Source of the DNA: Mobula hypostoma
Lineage: Eukaryota
Assembly: GCF_963921235.1 (NCBI RefSeq)
Contig: NC_086097.1
Span: forward strand, 143,780,001-143,844,000
Direction of reading: 5' to 3'
Length of the DNA stretch: 64,000 bases
Below, piece after piece: positions 12,660 through 25,666 of the stretch. Below the pieces are notes generated by a model. That model ran no database searches and was not told the origin of the DNA. It worked only from the letters and a program-made list of their open reading frames with translations. Numbering within the stretch: the stretch's first letter is position 1; the number at the start of each line of letters is the position of its first letter. The position numbers were made by a program, and so were the translations under genes.

Positions 12660-13230
12660 TGGGTCTGAAATTACATCATAATGAACAAATGAGATTGAAG
12701 AAGAGCCTTACTTATCACATGTACATCGAATCATACAGTGAAATGTGTTATTTTGCATCACATCAAATCAACGAGGATTGTTCTGGGCAACTTCCAAGTG
12801 TCGCCATGCTTCTGGCACCAACATTGCTTGCCTACAACTCACTGACTCTAACCGGTAAGTGTTTGGAAACAGGAGCTCCTGGAGAAAACCCACATGATCA
12901 CAGGGAGACCATATAAACTCCTTACAGCCAGCGGCAGAAATCAATCCCGATCTTACAGCTGGCGCTATAAAGCAATGGGTTAGCCACCACGTTATCATGC
13001 CTCCACTAATCAATGAAGGTTATGCTGGGCAGCCTGCAAGTGTCACCATGCTTCCAGTGCCAACATAGCATGCACACAACTCATTAACCCTAATCGTACT
13101 TCTTTGCAAACCCACATAATCACAGGGAGAATGTATAAGTTCCTTACAGGCAGTGGTGGTAATTGAACCCCAATACTACAATTCATGTGTAATAACATTA
13201 CGTTAACCATTGTGCCACTGCACTGCCCCT
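12660..13230 (-). mobile_element. Two tandem copies of a SINE-like repeat
   Basis: 12770-13000 and 13010-13225 are mutually similar (gggca..ct.caagtgtc.ccatgctt, cacaggga, ctccttacag). Confidence 0.55.
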
Positions 13231-15496
13231 AGGAAAATTAAAATGAAAATTATGTATGATTCCAGTCAGAGTCAGACCTGAAGTAGACTGAATGGTTCTC
13301 CAAGCATGTTTTGTGACTCATCAAAATCATGGCTGATATCAGCCTCAGTGCTGATGTCCTGCCCTGTCTCTAAAATTCTTGACTCCTTTATTTTGGATGA
13401 ATGTAACAACAATGTTTCCTCAGCTTTCTGGAAATAGGGAATACTAAAGGTTCACCCCCACCCCGAATGAAAAATATTCTCACTTCAATCCTAAATGGCT
13501 ATACTTTACTCCCAAACAGTGCTCTCTGGTACTAGACAACTCCTGTGACCTTTGCCTCTCTGATTAAGCTTCCAATGCTACAGGACATGATCACTCCCTC
13601 TGTGGTCCAGACTCCAGTATTTACGGATGTGAGTGCTCCATCTCAAGATTCTGATTTGTTAGGGCACCAACACTCATTAAAGTCAGACTTACTTATGGTG
13701 TGAGATGTAGAGAGCAGTAGGACCATAGTTTCAGAATAACCATTCTGAAGTCACTAGCCGTGCTGCCTGTGGCCATATAAATAGAAGTGGAACTGGTCAA
13801 GGACATATATGGAAGAGGTTACCGTTATCTGCCGTCCCAACTACACAGGAAGTGTGGTGTGGACAAGAAGTTATCAACTCTTCTTCTGTGAGGAATAGAA
13901 AGAGCTTGCTGACATCAGCACCAGGCACTTCTAAAATGATGAGCTGCCAGCCAACTGAAACAACAGATTACCTGCCTGCTGAACAGCAAAACCAGCATGT
14001 AGTAGACGGAGACACTGTAAGTGAGCTCATAGCAATAGATTGGATCAAAGATCTACAGTCCTATCAAATCTGGTCACGAATGCTGAAGGACAACTAAGCA
14101 GCCATTTGGAAGAGGGGGACTCCGAGAAGTTTTTATCCTAGACAATGGCAGGGCTCAGCACGTGAGTCCAAACAAAGCATGGCAGAAGCATTCACAACCA
14201 TATTCAACTAGATTTCCTACTGAGGCCCCATCGTGATAGAACCCAGCCTTCAGCAAGCTTAATTCACTCCATGAGAAGTGGCCAAAAAGGCTGGATATGG
14301 AAGGAGGCCGCAGAAGCAGACAATATCTCAGCTCTAGAGCTGAGAACCTGCAGTCCAGGACAATCTGCTGCTCTAAGCAACGTGCTACAGTATAATTTTA
14401 ATACTGGCATCTACTCAAAAATAAGGAAAAATGTCCAGGTATGCCCCATTTACACAGAGCAGGACAAATCAAATCAGATAATTAACACCCAATGAACTTG
14501 CTCCCAGTTGTTCGTAAAGTGACGGAAACTATGACTGTATGACAAGCTGTTATATAGGAATTATCAATAACCTATTCACCACTTTGCTCCTCAGCTTATC
14601 ACAGTCTTGGTGTAAAAATGGACCAGAGTTCTGAATTCCAGAGGTCAGATAACCATGTTCTGGAGTAGATGTAAGATTAAGCTATCTTTGCGCTGAGGAA
14701 GCTGATTAGAGAAAGTTTAAACAGGAAGTAAAAAGGGAATTAAGAGAAAGAGAGAGCATGACAGAAAACATAAACAAGAATTAAAATATACTATTATGTC
14801 ACGCGAACAAGAAAAGTATGGGGTGGATGGAAAGCTGCAGGTAAATGTTGTAGCTAAGGTCCTAAATTAATACTTTGCATTGGTCGTCACCAAAGAGCTT
14901 GCTGTTGGAGTGAAAGCAAGAAAAAGTAGATTTGAAATTCTGAGTTGGTAAAGAGGAGATGCTAGGAAAAGATTGTTGCATTTGAAAAGGATAAATTACC
15001 AGGTGCAGATTTGGATGCTTCCTAGGTATCTGAAGGGAGGGAATTAAGAGGCTCTAGCCAGAAGTCTCCAGATTTCTGTAGATTAGAGATATATTTATAC
15101 AGCCCAGAAGAACAACCTTTCAGATGAACCATCAAGTTGCCTTCCTGAAGTACTTGGGTAGGAAAGTTTTAGAGGGATATGTCTGTATTCGGCCATATCC
15201 CTCAAAAACTTTCCTATCCAAGTACTGATTTAAATGTCTCTTATATACTGTAATTATTCCCACTTCTACCACTTCTTCTGAAGGCTCATCCCATAAATCC
15301 ACCATCTAGGTGAAACACCTTTGGTCCCTTTTAAATATTAACCTTCTCACCTTAAGGCTATTCCCTCTAATCCGCTGTCCTTGGAAAAACACTGTGACCA
15401 TTCACCTTATCTATGCCGCTTGTGATTATATAAACTTCTGTATGGTCACTCTGCAGCCCCCTACAGTCCAGGGAAAAAAGTCCCAGCTTTTTCAGG

Positions 15497-17165
15497 GCAA
15501 CAAACACAAAATGCCGGAGAATTCAGCAGGTCAGGCAGCATCTATGGAGGGAAATGAACAGTTGAATTGTCAGGTCGAGACACTTCATCAGAAGTGGACA
15601 GAAAGAGGACTGCACATACAAAATGCTGGAGGAATCCAATAGGTTAGGCAGCACCTATAGAGAGAAATGAACAGTCAGCATTTCAGGCTGAGCCCCACAG
15701 AGCCTTGGCCAAAATTGGGAACTGTCCATTTCTCTCCATATATGCTACCTGACCTGCTAAATTATTCCAGATTTCCAGTATCTGCAGTCTCTTGTGTGTC
15801 TCCATGTCTCCAAAGAAAGAGGGCTGAAGCCAAAATAGTGGGGTGGTGGGAGGGAGTTGAGCACGAGCTGGCAGATAATAGGTGAACCGAGGTGAGGGGA
15901 AAAGTTGGGTAGGTTGGAGGAGGAACAATATGAATGATGTGAGAAGCTGGGAGGTGATAGGTGGAAGAGGCAAAGTGATGAAGAAGGAGGAATCTGATGT
16001 GAAAGAACTGTGGACCATGGAAATAAAGGGAAGGAAGTGAAGAAGCAGAGGGAGTTTGGCGTGTGTGATGGGCAGATTGGCAGGGCAGGGAGGGGCAAGA
16101 TAAGGAGTATAGGGGCCAGAGGGATAAGGAAAAACAAAGGGGTATGGAGAACAGAGAGGAATGGTTACCAAAAGTTGGAATAATCGATATTGATGCCGTC
16201 AGGTTGGAGACTACCAAGGTTTAAGAGATGCTGTTCCTCTAATCCATGTCTAGCCTCAACTTGGCAGTAGAGGAGGCCATGGATAGATATGTCAGTGTGG
16301 GAATAGGAAGTGGAATTAGGATGCCCTTTTCACTGGGACATGCTGGCTGCTACAGCAGATGGAGTGAAGGTGCTCGGAGATGTGCTCCCCAATCTGCGTC
16401 ATATCTCACTGATGTAGAGGAAGCCGCAATGGGAGTATTGAACACAATAAATGACACTGATGGGTTCACATGTGAAGTGTCGTCTCACCTGGAAGGACTG
16501 TTTAGGGCCCAGAAAGGTGGTGAGGGAGGAGAAGTTGCTACAGGTGTAGGGCTTAGAATGGTTGTACGGATAAGAGCCTGGAGGGGATCGGTGGGGAGAG
16601 ACAAGTGAGCAAGAGAGTTACTGAGAGAGTAATCCATGCATAAAGTAAAGGGCGGAAGGTGGGGGAGGGAGATGTGCCTGGCGTTGGGATCCCAATGGAG
16701 ATGGTGGAAGTCATGAATACTTATATGTTGGATGTGGAGGCTAGTGGGATGATGGATGAAAGCAAAGGAACCTAATCCCTGTTATGTTGGAGGGGCTGGG
16801 GCGGGGCAGACATTTGGGAAATGGAGGAGATGCGGGTAAGGCCTACATTGATAGCAGTGGAGGGGAAACTTTGTTTTGAATAAAGATGACATCTTGGAAA
16901 GCCTCATCATGAGAACTGACGCAGCAGAGATGAAGGAACTGAGTGAGGGGGATAGCATTCCTGCATGAGATGGCAGGAAGAAGTGCAGCCAAGGTAACTG
17001 TGCGAGTCAGTCAATTTGTGAAATATATCATAGGAAATCTGTCTCTGGAGATGGGGACAAAGAGATCGGAAAGCAGAGGGAGGTGTCAGGGATGGACCAA
17101 GTGAATTTGAAGGCAAGATGCAAGTTGATGAAATTGATGGCCTCCACTTGGCCACAGGAAGCAGC
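15497..17165 (-). mobile_element. Decayed Penelope-like element (RT thumb, GIY-YIG endonuclease, pLTR) with a nested pLTR foldback at about 15612-15810
   Basis: Minus strand gives DIFHKLTDSHSYL (RT C-terminus), HFTCEPISVIYCVQYSHCGFLYISE (GIY-YIG with CxxC remnant) and EEQHL...GSLQPDGINID. The nested insert is flanked by gaaagagg(a/g)ctg. Confidence 0.85.
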
Positions 17166-18389
17166 ACCAATGCAGCGGTATTTGAGTTCTGCCCTGGTTT
17201 AACTTCCCAAAATTGCAACCGTTCACACCTCCTCATATGGCAGGTTTGCCATATAAGGAAAGTGTTTTTTTTGAAAAAGTAACAGTAAGGGTTGATCATT
17301 TTTTTCCTTTCTATGATCTGGGCATCACTGGCCAGACGTACACCTATTGCTCCCTTTTGAAGTCTACAATTGAAGTTACATCCACTCTGCCGGGAGAGCG
17401 GCGGACACAATGTCACTTCTGGTGTTCAAAAGAAAGCTAAAAGACAGGAATTTGCAGGGAAATGAGGGGAGGTCAGAGGAGCTGCTCTAATTGGATTGTC
17501 GTTACAAAGATATGGTCGGTGTTCCATCAACTGATGAGTCTCTTTCCATGCTGGACCACTCTGTGATTCAGTGATTTGCAACACCCTTAGAGCAGGTACT
17601 GCATAGCCTGCACACAGAAGATTATCTCTGTATCCCTGTATCACACTCTCTGTGGGGAGGCACAAAATGGTCGAGATACTTTATACTTCCATGAAGGCAG
17701 TGTATATTATTTATGGACACGTATTCCACTGACAAAACTCCAGCAAACCTTCTTGATTAGTTACTACCTCTACTCTTTCCATTAAACTGAGCCAGCAATG
17801 GTACTGCACAAGTGCAGAGTTTTGCTGCCTCTGCACTGTCACAATAAATGCCTGAAGTCCAATAGAATGTGTCTTTTACATATGATAAATCTCCCTCTGT
17901 AAGGTTTCAATAAACACTTATTCATCTGCAGAGGAAGACACAAAACAATCTGCCAGAATTTTCTGGGTAACAAAATGTGAGAATACAGAATAAATATTAG
18001 TCAATAATACTACTGGAAAAATTTGGAGAATGCCTATTGATGTTATTGGACAGGAACCTGCAAAGGTAATTTGGAAGAGGGTGAAGAGGGTGCTGACAGG
18101 ACATCTGGCAAGTGGGGGGCTTTTTAAAGTGAGATTGAGAGAGTTACAGGGAATTAGGTTCCTCATGGAGTGAAGGGCAAGGCTGGCAGAATTAGGGAGC
18201 CTTGGTTAATGAGGCTTATTTAGATTCTCTTCAGGAAAAAGAAGGAAGCATATATCAGGTGAAGGCTGGTGGAATCAAGTGAGTCTTCTGAAGATTAAGA
18301 GGGGGACACTAATCAGGGAAGTAAGAGGGCAAAAAAAAGGACATGAGATGTCTTTGGCCATAAGTTGAAGGAGTACCTAAGAGATACAG

Positions 18390-18903
18390 AATCTACCGGA
18401 TGATGCTGAGGATGTTCTACGAGTCTGTGGTGGCCAGTGCGATCATGTTTGCTGTTGTGTGCTGGGGCAGCAGGCTGAGGGTGGCAGACACCAATAGAAT
18501 CAACAAACTCATTCGTAAGGCCAGTGATATTTGGGGGATGGAACTGGTCTCTCTCACGGTGGTGTCTGAAAAGACGATGCTGTCTAAGTTGCATGCCATC
18601 TTGGTACATAATGTACTGGGTGGGCACAGGAGTACATTCAGCCAGAGACTCATTCCACCGAGATGCAACACAGAGCGTCATAGGAAGTCATTCCTGCCTG
18701 TGGCCATCAAACTTTACAACTCCTCCCTTGGAGGGTCAGACACCCTGAGCCAATAGGCTGGTCCTGGACTTATTTCCTGGCATAATTTACATATTACTAT
18801 TTAACTATTTCTGGTTTTATTACTATTTAATTATTTATGGTGCAACTGTAACGAAAACCAACTTCCCCCGGAATCAATAAAGTATGACTATGACTATGAC
18901 TAT
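18390..18903 (+). mobile_element. Rex1/Babar-type LINE 3' fragment with (TATGAC)n tail
   Basis: MLRMFYESVVASAIMFAVVCWGS...RCNTERHRKSFLPVAIKLYN, then aataaag and (tatgac)3. Confidence 0.75.
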
Positions 18904-21629
18904 TAAGAGCAAAGTAATAACTAGGGAAAAATTAAGTTCACAGGACTGGTTCGAGGATGGTGGGTTTACCACATGAGAAGAGATTGTTTTGATTAGGTCA
19001 GAAGAATGAGAGTGAATGAAATAGAAATGTACAAAGATCACAGGGGAGCAGGCAGGATGAATAGAGGAACATATTTCCCTCGTGCACACTCTCAGAATAA
19101 GGGATAGGTTGTTGAGGATTAAGGTGAGAAGATGGTGAGCCCTTGGAGCTTTCACACTGGATGGCTGTTGAGTTCACTTGTTAAGTTCATTCATCACAGA
19201 GATTGATAGGTTTCTAGAAATGAAAGGAAATAAAGGCAGAAGAATGGCACTGACATAAAAGATTATCCACAATGCTAGTGAGAGATGAAGCTGGCTCGAG
19301 GGGCCAGTAAGTTTACCTCTCCTCCTATTTCTTATGTCCTTGTATTGTTTTATCATCTACAACACATGCTTAGTGCAAAATAAAATGTCTGCACCCGTTC
19401 TATCCGGGACATCAACTCCTTTATCTTTTAGCCACAATTTGCTTAAAACATTGCATCACCATGTAGTTAAAATAAAAACAGGATGCTGTACATCACAAGC
19501 ATTATCTTATTTTGCATGTGAATGCTTGCAAACGGAAATGTTAATGTCACAAATAGGCAGGTCTGAAAAAAAGTGTACCTGTTGATGTCAATTCAAAATG
19601 AAAATAATGTTTAAGAAAAGCAAGAGCTTTATCGATAAACATTTTGAAAAATCAAGTGTGTAGTACAAAAATACTCATTCATATGAACTGAACTTCATCT
19701 ACTGTACTGTGTACCTGGGAAAGCTTCAGTTCTCCATTGCTGCAGGGAGACATGGAAGTCAGGCATCTAATACATCCATCAGACCTTGGCGCCTTCTTTA
19801 CTGCTTTATGATTCCTGGAACTCTTCCAGAAGGGGACAACAAGGCTTTGCCTTAAGCCAGTGTAGTCAAGTGGCACCGTGAAAGTGAGGCAGGAAAAGGC
19901 ATTTTCCACATGCTCCATGAGTCTTTCATTCTTCAGATATCCAAGTGCTAGGACGTTCTGTAAAAGTAGCATTGGAATTGTACCAAGACTGTCCCCAGGC
20001 CAAAGTTTTGCAGGAGATTGACAGAAACCCATAAGCATCAGAAGTAGGAGGACAGTACTAGATCCCAGCTCACAGGTAGTACTTTGGCACCTAAACCCTT
20101 CAGCTACTGCTTTGCAGCTGTGGGCAGTAGGACGGGATGTTAGTAACCAGAGGGACTAACAAAACCCTGCAGCTACACTCCTGGCCCTCTTCCCAGAAAA
20201 GCCTGCAACAGGAAAACCTTGTGCAACAGGGGACTGGCAGCAGGAAATGCAGGCGGTCTGGACATTATCTATCATCTGAGGGAGTCGTTCACTGCAATAA
20301 AGCTACTCGGACAATCACAGAGTAAGTAGAGTGCATCCATGTAATTCTCAAATATCTGTGTCAACCATCAATCATATTGTTCTGCTGAAGCAAAGACTTC
20401 TTCATAGAGTATAGAACGTAGAACATTATAGGCACATTACAGGCTCTTTGTCCATGATGTAGTGCCAACATTTTAACCTACTCTAAGATTATTTTAACAC
20501 TTCCTTCCTATACAGCCCTACATATTTGTATCATCCATGTGCCTACCTAAGAGTTCCTTAAGTGTGCCTAATGCATTTGCCACTACCACTATGCCTTGCA
20601 GGGTCTTCCATGAACTCAGCACTCTCTCTGTTTAAAAAACTTACCTGTGATATCCCCCTTATATTTTCCTCCTATCACCTTAAAACTATGTCCTCTCGTA
20701 TTAGCCATTTCTGCCCTGAGAAGAAAGTCTCTGGCTATCCACTCAAACTGTGCCTCTTAACGTCTTGTATATCCCTGTCAAGTCACATCTCATCCTCCTT
20801 CACTCCAGAGAGATTGTATAACATTGGATCATCGCCTGAACCAATAAAGAGAGTCACAGAGTCTAGCAGTGTAGACTTCTGTGCCAATATATTTTGCCCG
20901 ATCCAACTGACAATGTCCCTTTAACGCAACTCAGCTGATAACAAGTTGTTGTCCTTTGAATACTAGATTTCCTTGTTCATCTCAAACAAAAAGGATGGAG
21001 ATATTCGGTCACCTCTGATGACTGGCAGTCTTCACTGAGTAATGACTTACAATGTTTCCTGAAATGAGTCATCTGAAACTGCAACGAACAATTCTCATTT
21101 CTCAACATAGTCATCAGTACTTTCCAACTTATGTATAAAATAAGTGATACAGACCTGCGGGTGGTGTGCTCTATATGGTGCATCCACTGAGACGTCTTTC
21201 ACCATGTGTTGTACAGTACATTGTAATCTCTGAAAGTTTTAGGCATTGTTTAGTTGCTTTGGGAACAGCTGTTCTTCTTGAATTGTGCATTTTACCTCTG
21301 CTTCTCCTAACTCCTTGATGTCTCCGCATATATTTGTGAATTCTGTATCATTGCTACTTCTAGTCCAGACCAACAATGTAAAATTAGCTTTTCTTTAAGC
21401 TTATAACACCTCAAACTCAATGTGCTGGTGATCACTAGGACCTGAATCAGTCTGTATTTTTCTTAGATAAGCACCTGTGTAACTCCAGCATATCTGATAG
21501 AAAAGAAACAAATTCAATTATTGAGAAAGCTTTAACAATTGTAAGATCCCTGCCATATTTATCAGTGCTTACATCTCCAGAATTGTTGCAATTGGGATCC
21601 ATATGAAGTCCTAGGCCTGTACAATGCCC

Positions 21630-23625
21630 AGTAAAATGAGAACACCATGGTTGACAAGGGAAGTCAAAGACAGTATAAAAGCAAACAAGAGGGCATAAAA
21701 TATAGCAATAATTAGCGGTAAGCTAGAGGGTTGGGATGCTTTTAAAAACCAACAGAAGGAAACCAGGAGGTCATAAGTAGAGAAAAGATGAAATATTAAA
21801 GGAAGCTAGCCAAAATATAAAAGAGGATAGCAATTTTTTTTCAGATGTATAAAGTGTAAAAGAGAGGCAAGAGTGGATATCTAACTATTGGAAAATAACA
21901 CTGGAGAGACAAGGAGCTTGGAAGATGAAAGGTCTGAAGGTAAATAAATCATCTGGTTCCAAAGGACTGGAAAATCACAAATGTCACTCCACTCTTTAAG
22001 AATGTGAGGGAGGAGGTAGAAAGCATATCATAGGCTAGTTAGCCTGATTTTAGTGGTTGGAAAGCTGTTGGAGACTATTGTTATAGATTAAATTTCTGGG
22101 TACTTGGTTAGCACATGATAAGATAGGCCAAAGACAACATGGTTTGCTAAAGAGGAAATCTTGCCTGGAAAATTTTGTTAGAATTCTTTGAGGAAATAAC
22201 AAGGATAGACAAAGGAGAAAAGATGTTATTTACTTGGATTTTTAGAAGGCTTTTGACAAGGTGCTGCACACGAGGCTACTTAACAAGACAAGAGCCCATA
22301 GTACGACAGGGAAGGTACTAACATGGATAGAAGATTGGCTGACTGGCTGGAGGCAAAGAATAAGAATAAAGGGGGCCTCTTCTGGTTGGCAGCCGAATAC
22401 TAGTGGTGTTCCATAGTGTCAGTGCTGGGACCGTTTCCTTTCATGTTATATATGAATGATATGTATGATGAAATTGATAGCTTTCTGGCCAAGTTTCTGG
22501 ACAATATGAAAAGATGGGTGGAGGTTCAAGTAGTGTTGAAGAAGCAAGTTATCTACAGAAGAACATAGACAGATTGGGAGAATGGGCAAAGAAGTGGCAG
22601 ATGGAATTTAGTGTTAGGAAATTATATGGTCATGCACTTTGGTAAAAGGAATAAAGGCTTAGAATATTTTCTAAAAGGGGAGAAAATTCAGAAATCAGAG
22701 GTGCAAAGGCATTTTTGAGTCCATGTGCAGGATTCCCTAAATGTTATCTTGTAGTTTGAGTTGGTGGTAAGGAAGGGAAATGCAATGATAGCATTCATTT
22801 CGAGAGGACTAGTATATAAGAGCAAGGATGTAATGCTGAGGCTTTATAAGGCACTGGTCAGATGGCACTTGGAATATTGTAAGCAATTTTGGGCCCCTTA
22901 TCTAAGAAAAGATGTGCTGGCATTGGAAAGGGTCCAGAGGAGGTTCACGCGAATGATTCCAGCAATGAAAGGGTTAATCTATGAGGAGCAACACACAGAA
23001 AATGCTGGAGGAACTGAACAGGCTAGGAAGCATCTGTGGGTAAAAGTATAGTCGACGTTTTGGCCTGAAACATTGACTGTACTTTTTGCCATAGATGCTG
23101 CCTGACCTGCTGAGTTCCTCCAGCATTTTGTGTGTGTTGCTCAGATTTCCAGCATCTGCAGACTTTCTCTTGTTTAAGGTATGAGGAGTGTTTGAAAGAT
23201 TTGGTCCTATGCTTGCTGGAATTTGAAAGAATGGTGGGGGGGGGGGACTCTCGTTGAAACCGATCGGATATTGAGAGGTCTGGATAGAGTGAATGTAGGG
23301 AGGATGTTTCCTGTAGTGGATAAGTCCAGGACAAGAGGACACAACCTCAGGCTAAATGGACATTTATTTAGAACAGAGATGAGCAGAAGTTAATTTAGCC
23401 AGAGGGTAGTGAAACTGGAAATCATTGCTGCAGGCAGCCGTGGAGGCCAAGTTATTAAGTATATATGAAGTGGAGGTGGTTGGGCTCTAGATTAGTCAAT
23501 GCATCAAAGGTTATAGAGAGAAGGCAAGAGAATGGTGTTGAGAGGGATAATAAATCAGCCATGATGGAATGGTGGAGCAGAATCGATGAGCCAAATGATG
23601 TAATTTGGCTCTTATGTCTTATGAT
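21630..23625 (+). mobile_element. Decayed CR1 LINE (RT to 3' end)
   Basis: YLDF.KAFDKV remnant; YKSKDVMLRLYKALVR.HLEYC.QFWAPYLRKDVLALERVQRRFTRMIP. Confidence 0.85.
22989..23179. mobile_element. PLE pLTR foldback nested in CR1
   Basis: Inverted arms meet inside the hammerhead region; TSD TATGAGGAG at 22980-22988 and 23180-23188. Confidence 0.8.
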
Positions 23626-24338
23626 ATTATAGATTAAACTGATCCAAATAGTTGGTGTTTTGTGAATTAGAATTCTTTGTCTGACAAGCCCGTTTGGTAC
23701 TCCTGATTCTAACTGTGGCACATTCCTCTTCATCTATACTCCAAACAAAAAAACCCAGAAATTGTTCCTGCTTCCATATCAGCTCTTTTGGCAGTTTTGT
23801 ATAGATCGTGTTCATCTTGGCATTACTTTATAAAGTGATTGCTTTTTCTCACATTTTGTATTTTAGCAAATGCAGTACAAATATCTTACTGGGGAATTTA
23901 TGTTTCCTCCCACAGATCCAACAGTCTTGTCTTTAGTTTGCAGTTTTTTTTCCTGTGAAACCTTGGTGATTTCCATAGGTTTACATACTGCACAGAGATT
24001 CTGCTCTGTTGACCCACTATTTATCTTAATTAAGACCTCCACCTCCTTCTGATGGGTGACAAGTTTCATCTATTTTCTCTAAGGTCAAGTTAATTCCTTG
24101 TAACTATCTTTCCTGCACACTTGAGCTTGCAGTTCCAAAGACAAGACAGCCTCTGAGTACTTCCAGTAGAAATGCAGGATACAACCCTCACTGTGTTTTT
24201 GCCACACCGTTCTATATCGATGGTACAAGTCACCAGCAAGTGGCCTGCTCCTCTTAAATGCATACCTCTCAAAGTGAATGTGTGCTAAACAGTTGGCAGC
24301 ATTTAGAACATTTATGGAAGACACTAACATTGGTATCA

Positions 24339-24925
24339 AACAACAGGAATTCTGCAGATGCTGGAAATTCAAGCAACATACATCAAAGTTGCTGGTGAAC
24401 GCAGCAGGCCAAGCAGCATCTATAGGAAGAGGTGCAGTCGACGTTTCAGGCCGAGACCCTTCGTCAGGACTAACTGAAGGAAGAGTGAGTAAGGGATTTG
24501 AAAGCTGGAGGGGGAGGGGGAGATGCAAAATGATAGGAGAAGACAGGAGGGGGAGGGATAGAGCCGAGAGCTGGACAGGTGATAGGCAAAAGGGATATGA
24601 GAGGATCATGGGACAGGAGGTCCGGGAGGAAAGACGGGGGGGGGTGACCCAGAGGATGGGCAAGAGGTATATTCAGAGGGACAGAGGGAGAAAAAGGAGA
24701 GTGAGAGAAAGAATGTATGCATAAGAATGAGTAACAGATGGGGTACGAGGGGGAGGTGGGGCCTTAGCGGAAGTTAGAGAAGTCGATGGTCATGCCATCA
24801 GGTTGGAGACGGAAAATAAGGTGTTGTTCCTCCAACCTGAGTGTGGCTTCATCTTTACAGTAGAGGAGGCCGTGGATAGACATGTCAGAATGGGAATGGG
24901 ATGTGGAATTAAAATGTGGAATTAA
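24339..24925 (-). mobile_element. Young 5'-truncated Penelope-like element (GIY-YIG C-terminus plus pLTR)
   Basis: Minus strand HFNSTSHSHSDMSIHGLLYCKDEATLRLEEQHLIFRLQPDGMTIDFSNFR* (stop 24764-24766); TSD AACATTGGTATCA at 24326-24338 and 24926-24938. Confidence 0.9.
24436..24471 (-). ncRNA. Minimal type I hammerhead ribozyme (PLE pLTR)
   Basis: Reverse complement is AGTC-CTGACGA-AGGGTCTCGGCCT-GAAAC-GTC-GACT, identical to 1939-1974. Confidence 0.8.
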
Positions 24926-25191
24926 AACATTGGTATCATGTATTTATTCACCTTCTTGACCCAGCCTGTCCAAGATAAACTCCTGTTCAGTATTTTCTGT
25001 TTTATTTGCGATAAACATCACACCCTTCTACCATTACCACAGTAAGAAGTGATTCTACCTGGACTTGTTCTGCCTTATTCCAGTTCTGCATCTGCACCCA
25101 AATGCATATTTCAATCAAGCTAACTTGAAATTCCTTTCTTTCTCAGCAAATTTCCATCAGGTATTTTGAGAGATTCAGCACTTCCTGAGTA

Positions 25192-25284
25192 GCACTCACA
25201 AAATGCTGGAGAACTCAGCAGGTCAGGCAGCATCTATGGAGAGGAATAAGCAGTTGATATTTCAGGCCGAGACCCTTCATCAGC
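25192..25284 (-). mobile_element. Older PLE pLTR fragment with hammerhead core
   Basis: Reverse complement CTGATGA-AGGGTCTCGGCCT-GAAAT-ATC-AACT at about 25252-25283. Confidence 0.7.
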
Positions 25285-25399
25285 TTTCCCTGAAACCCTC
25301 AAGCATGCAATTAGGTTTGAGATTTCTTTCAAGACTCACAAAGATTTTCTCCCAAAAGTAGACTTTACATAAGATAAAAAGTATATGTGTATATGTACA

Positions 25400-25666
25400 G
25401 GAAGAGGTAAGGAAAGGTACGTCGCATCCGGAGCTTTCCAGTTAGCGGACGATTTCCCTCCATGCCTCTCTGATGTAGTGGGGAACCACGTACAAGGCAA
25501 GTTACAGCAGTGGTTTGCCATTGCCTTCTGCCAGGTGAGTTTCCAAAGAGATCACCAGCTTGTAACCCAGCACGGATGGAAAGCGTGCAGGGGAACCGGC
25601 TGGATTCGAACTGGGGACCTCTCGTCCCGAAGTCCGGCACTGACGCCACTACGCCACCAGCCCGGT
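25400..25666 (-). mobile_element. tRNA-derived SINE with RTE-like tail
   Basis: A box TGGCGTAGTGG, B box GTTCGAATCC, body with agaaggcaatggcaaaccact, and a (ccttt/cctta)-type simple tail. Confidence 0.8.

Noticed and set aside
24085..24663. 192-aa ORF and similar ORFs at 1891-2268, 32258-32764 and 32815-33177 sharing the peptide SVSPDEGSRPETST
   Set aside because: They are chance translations of the non-coding PLE pLTR; the shared peptide is the hammerhead motif read as codons.
25252..25283. Apparent compensatory change GAAAC-GTC to GAAAT-ATC in stem III
   Set aside because: It is equally explained by CpG decay on both strands, so it is not counted as covariation.
25590..25666. tRNA gene
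   Set aside because: It has A and B boxes but continues into a SINE body and tail, with no convincing cloverleaf or oligo-T terminator.
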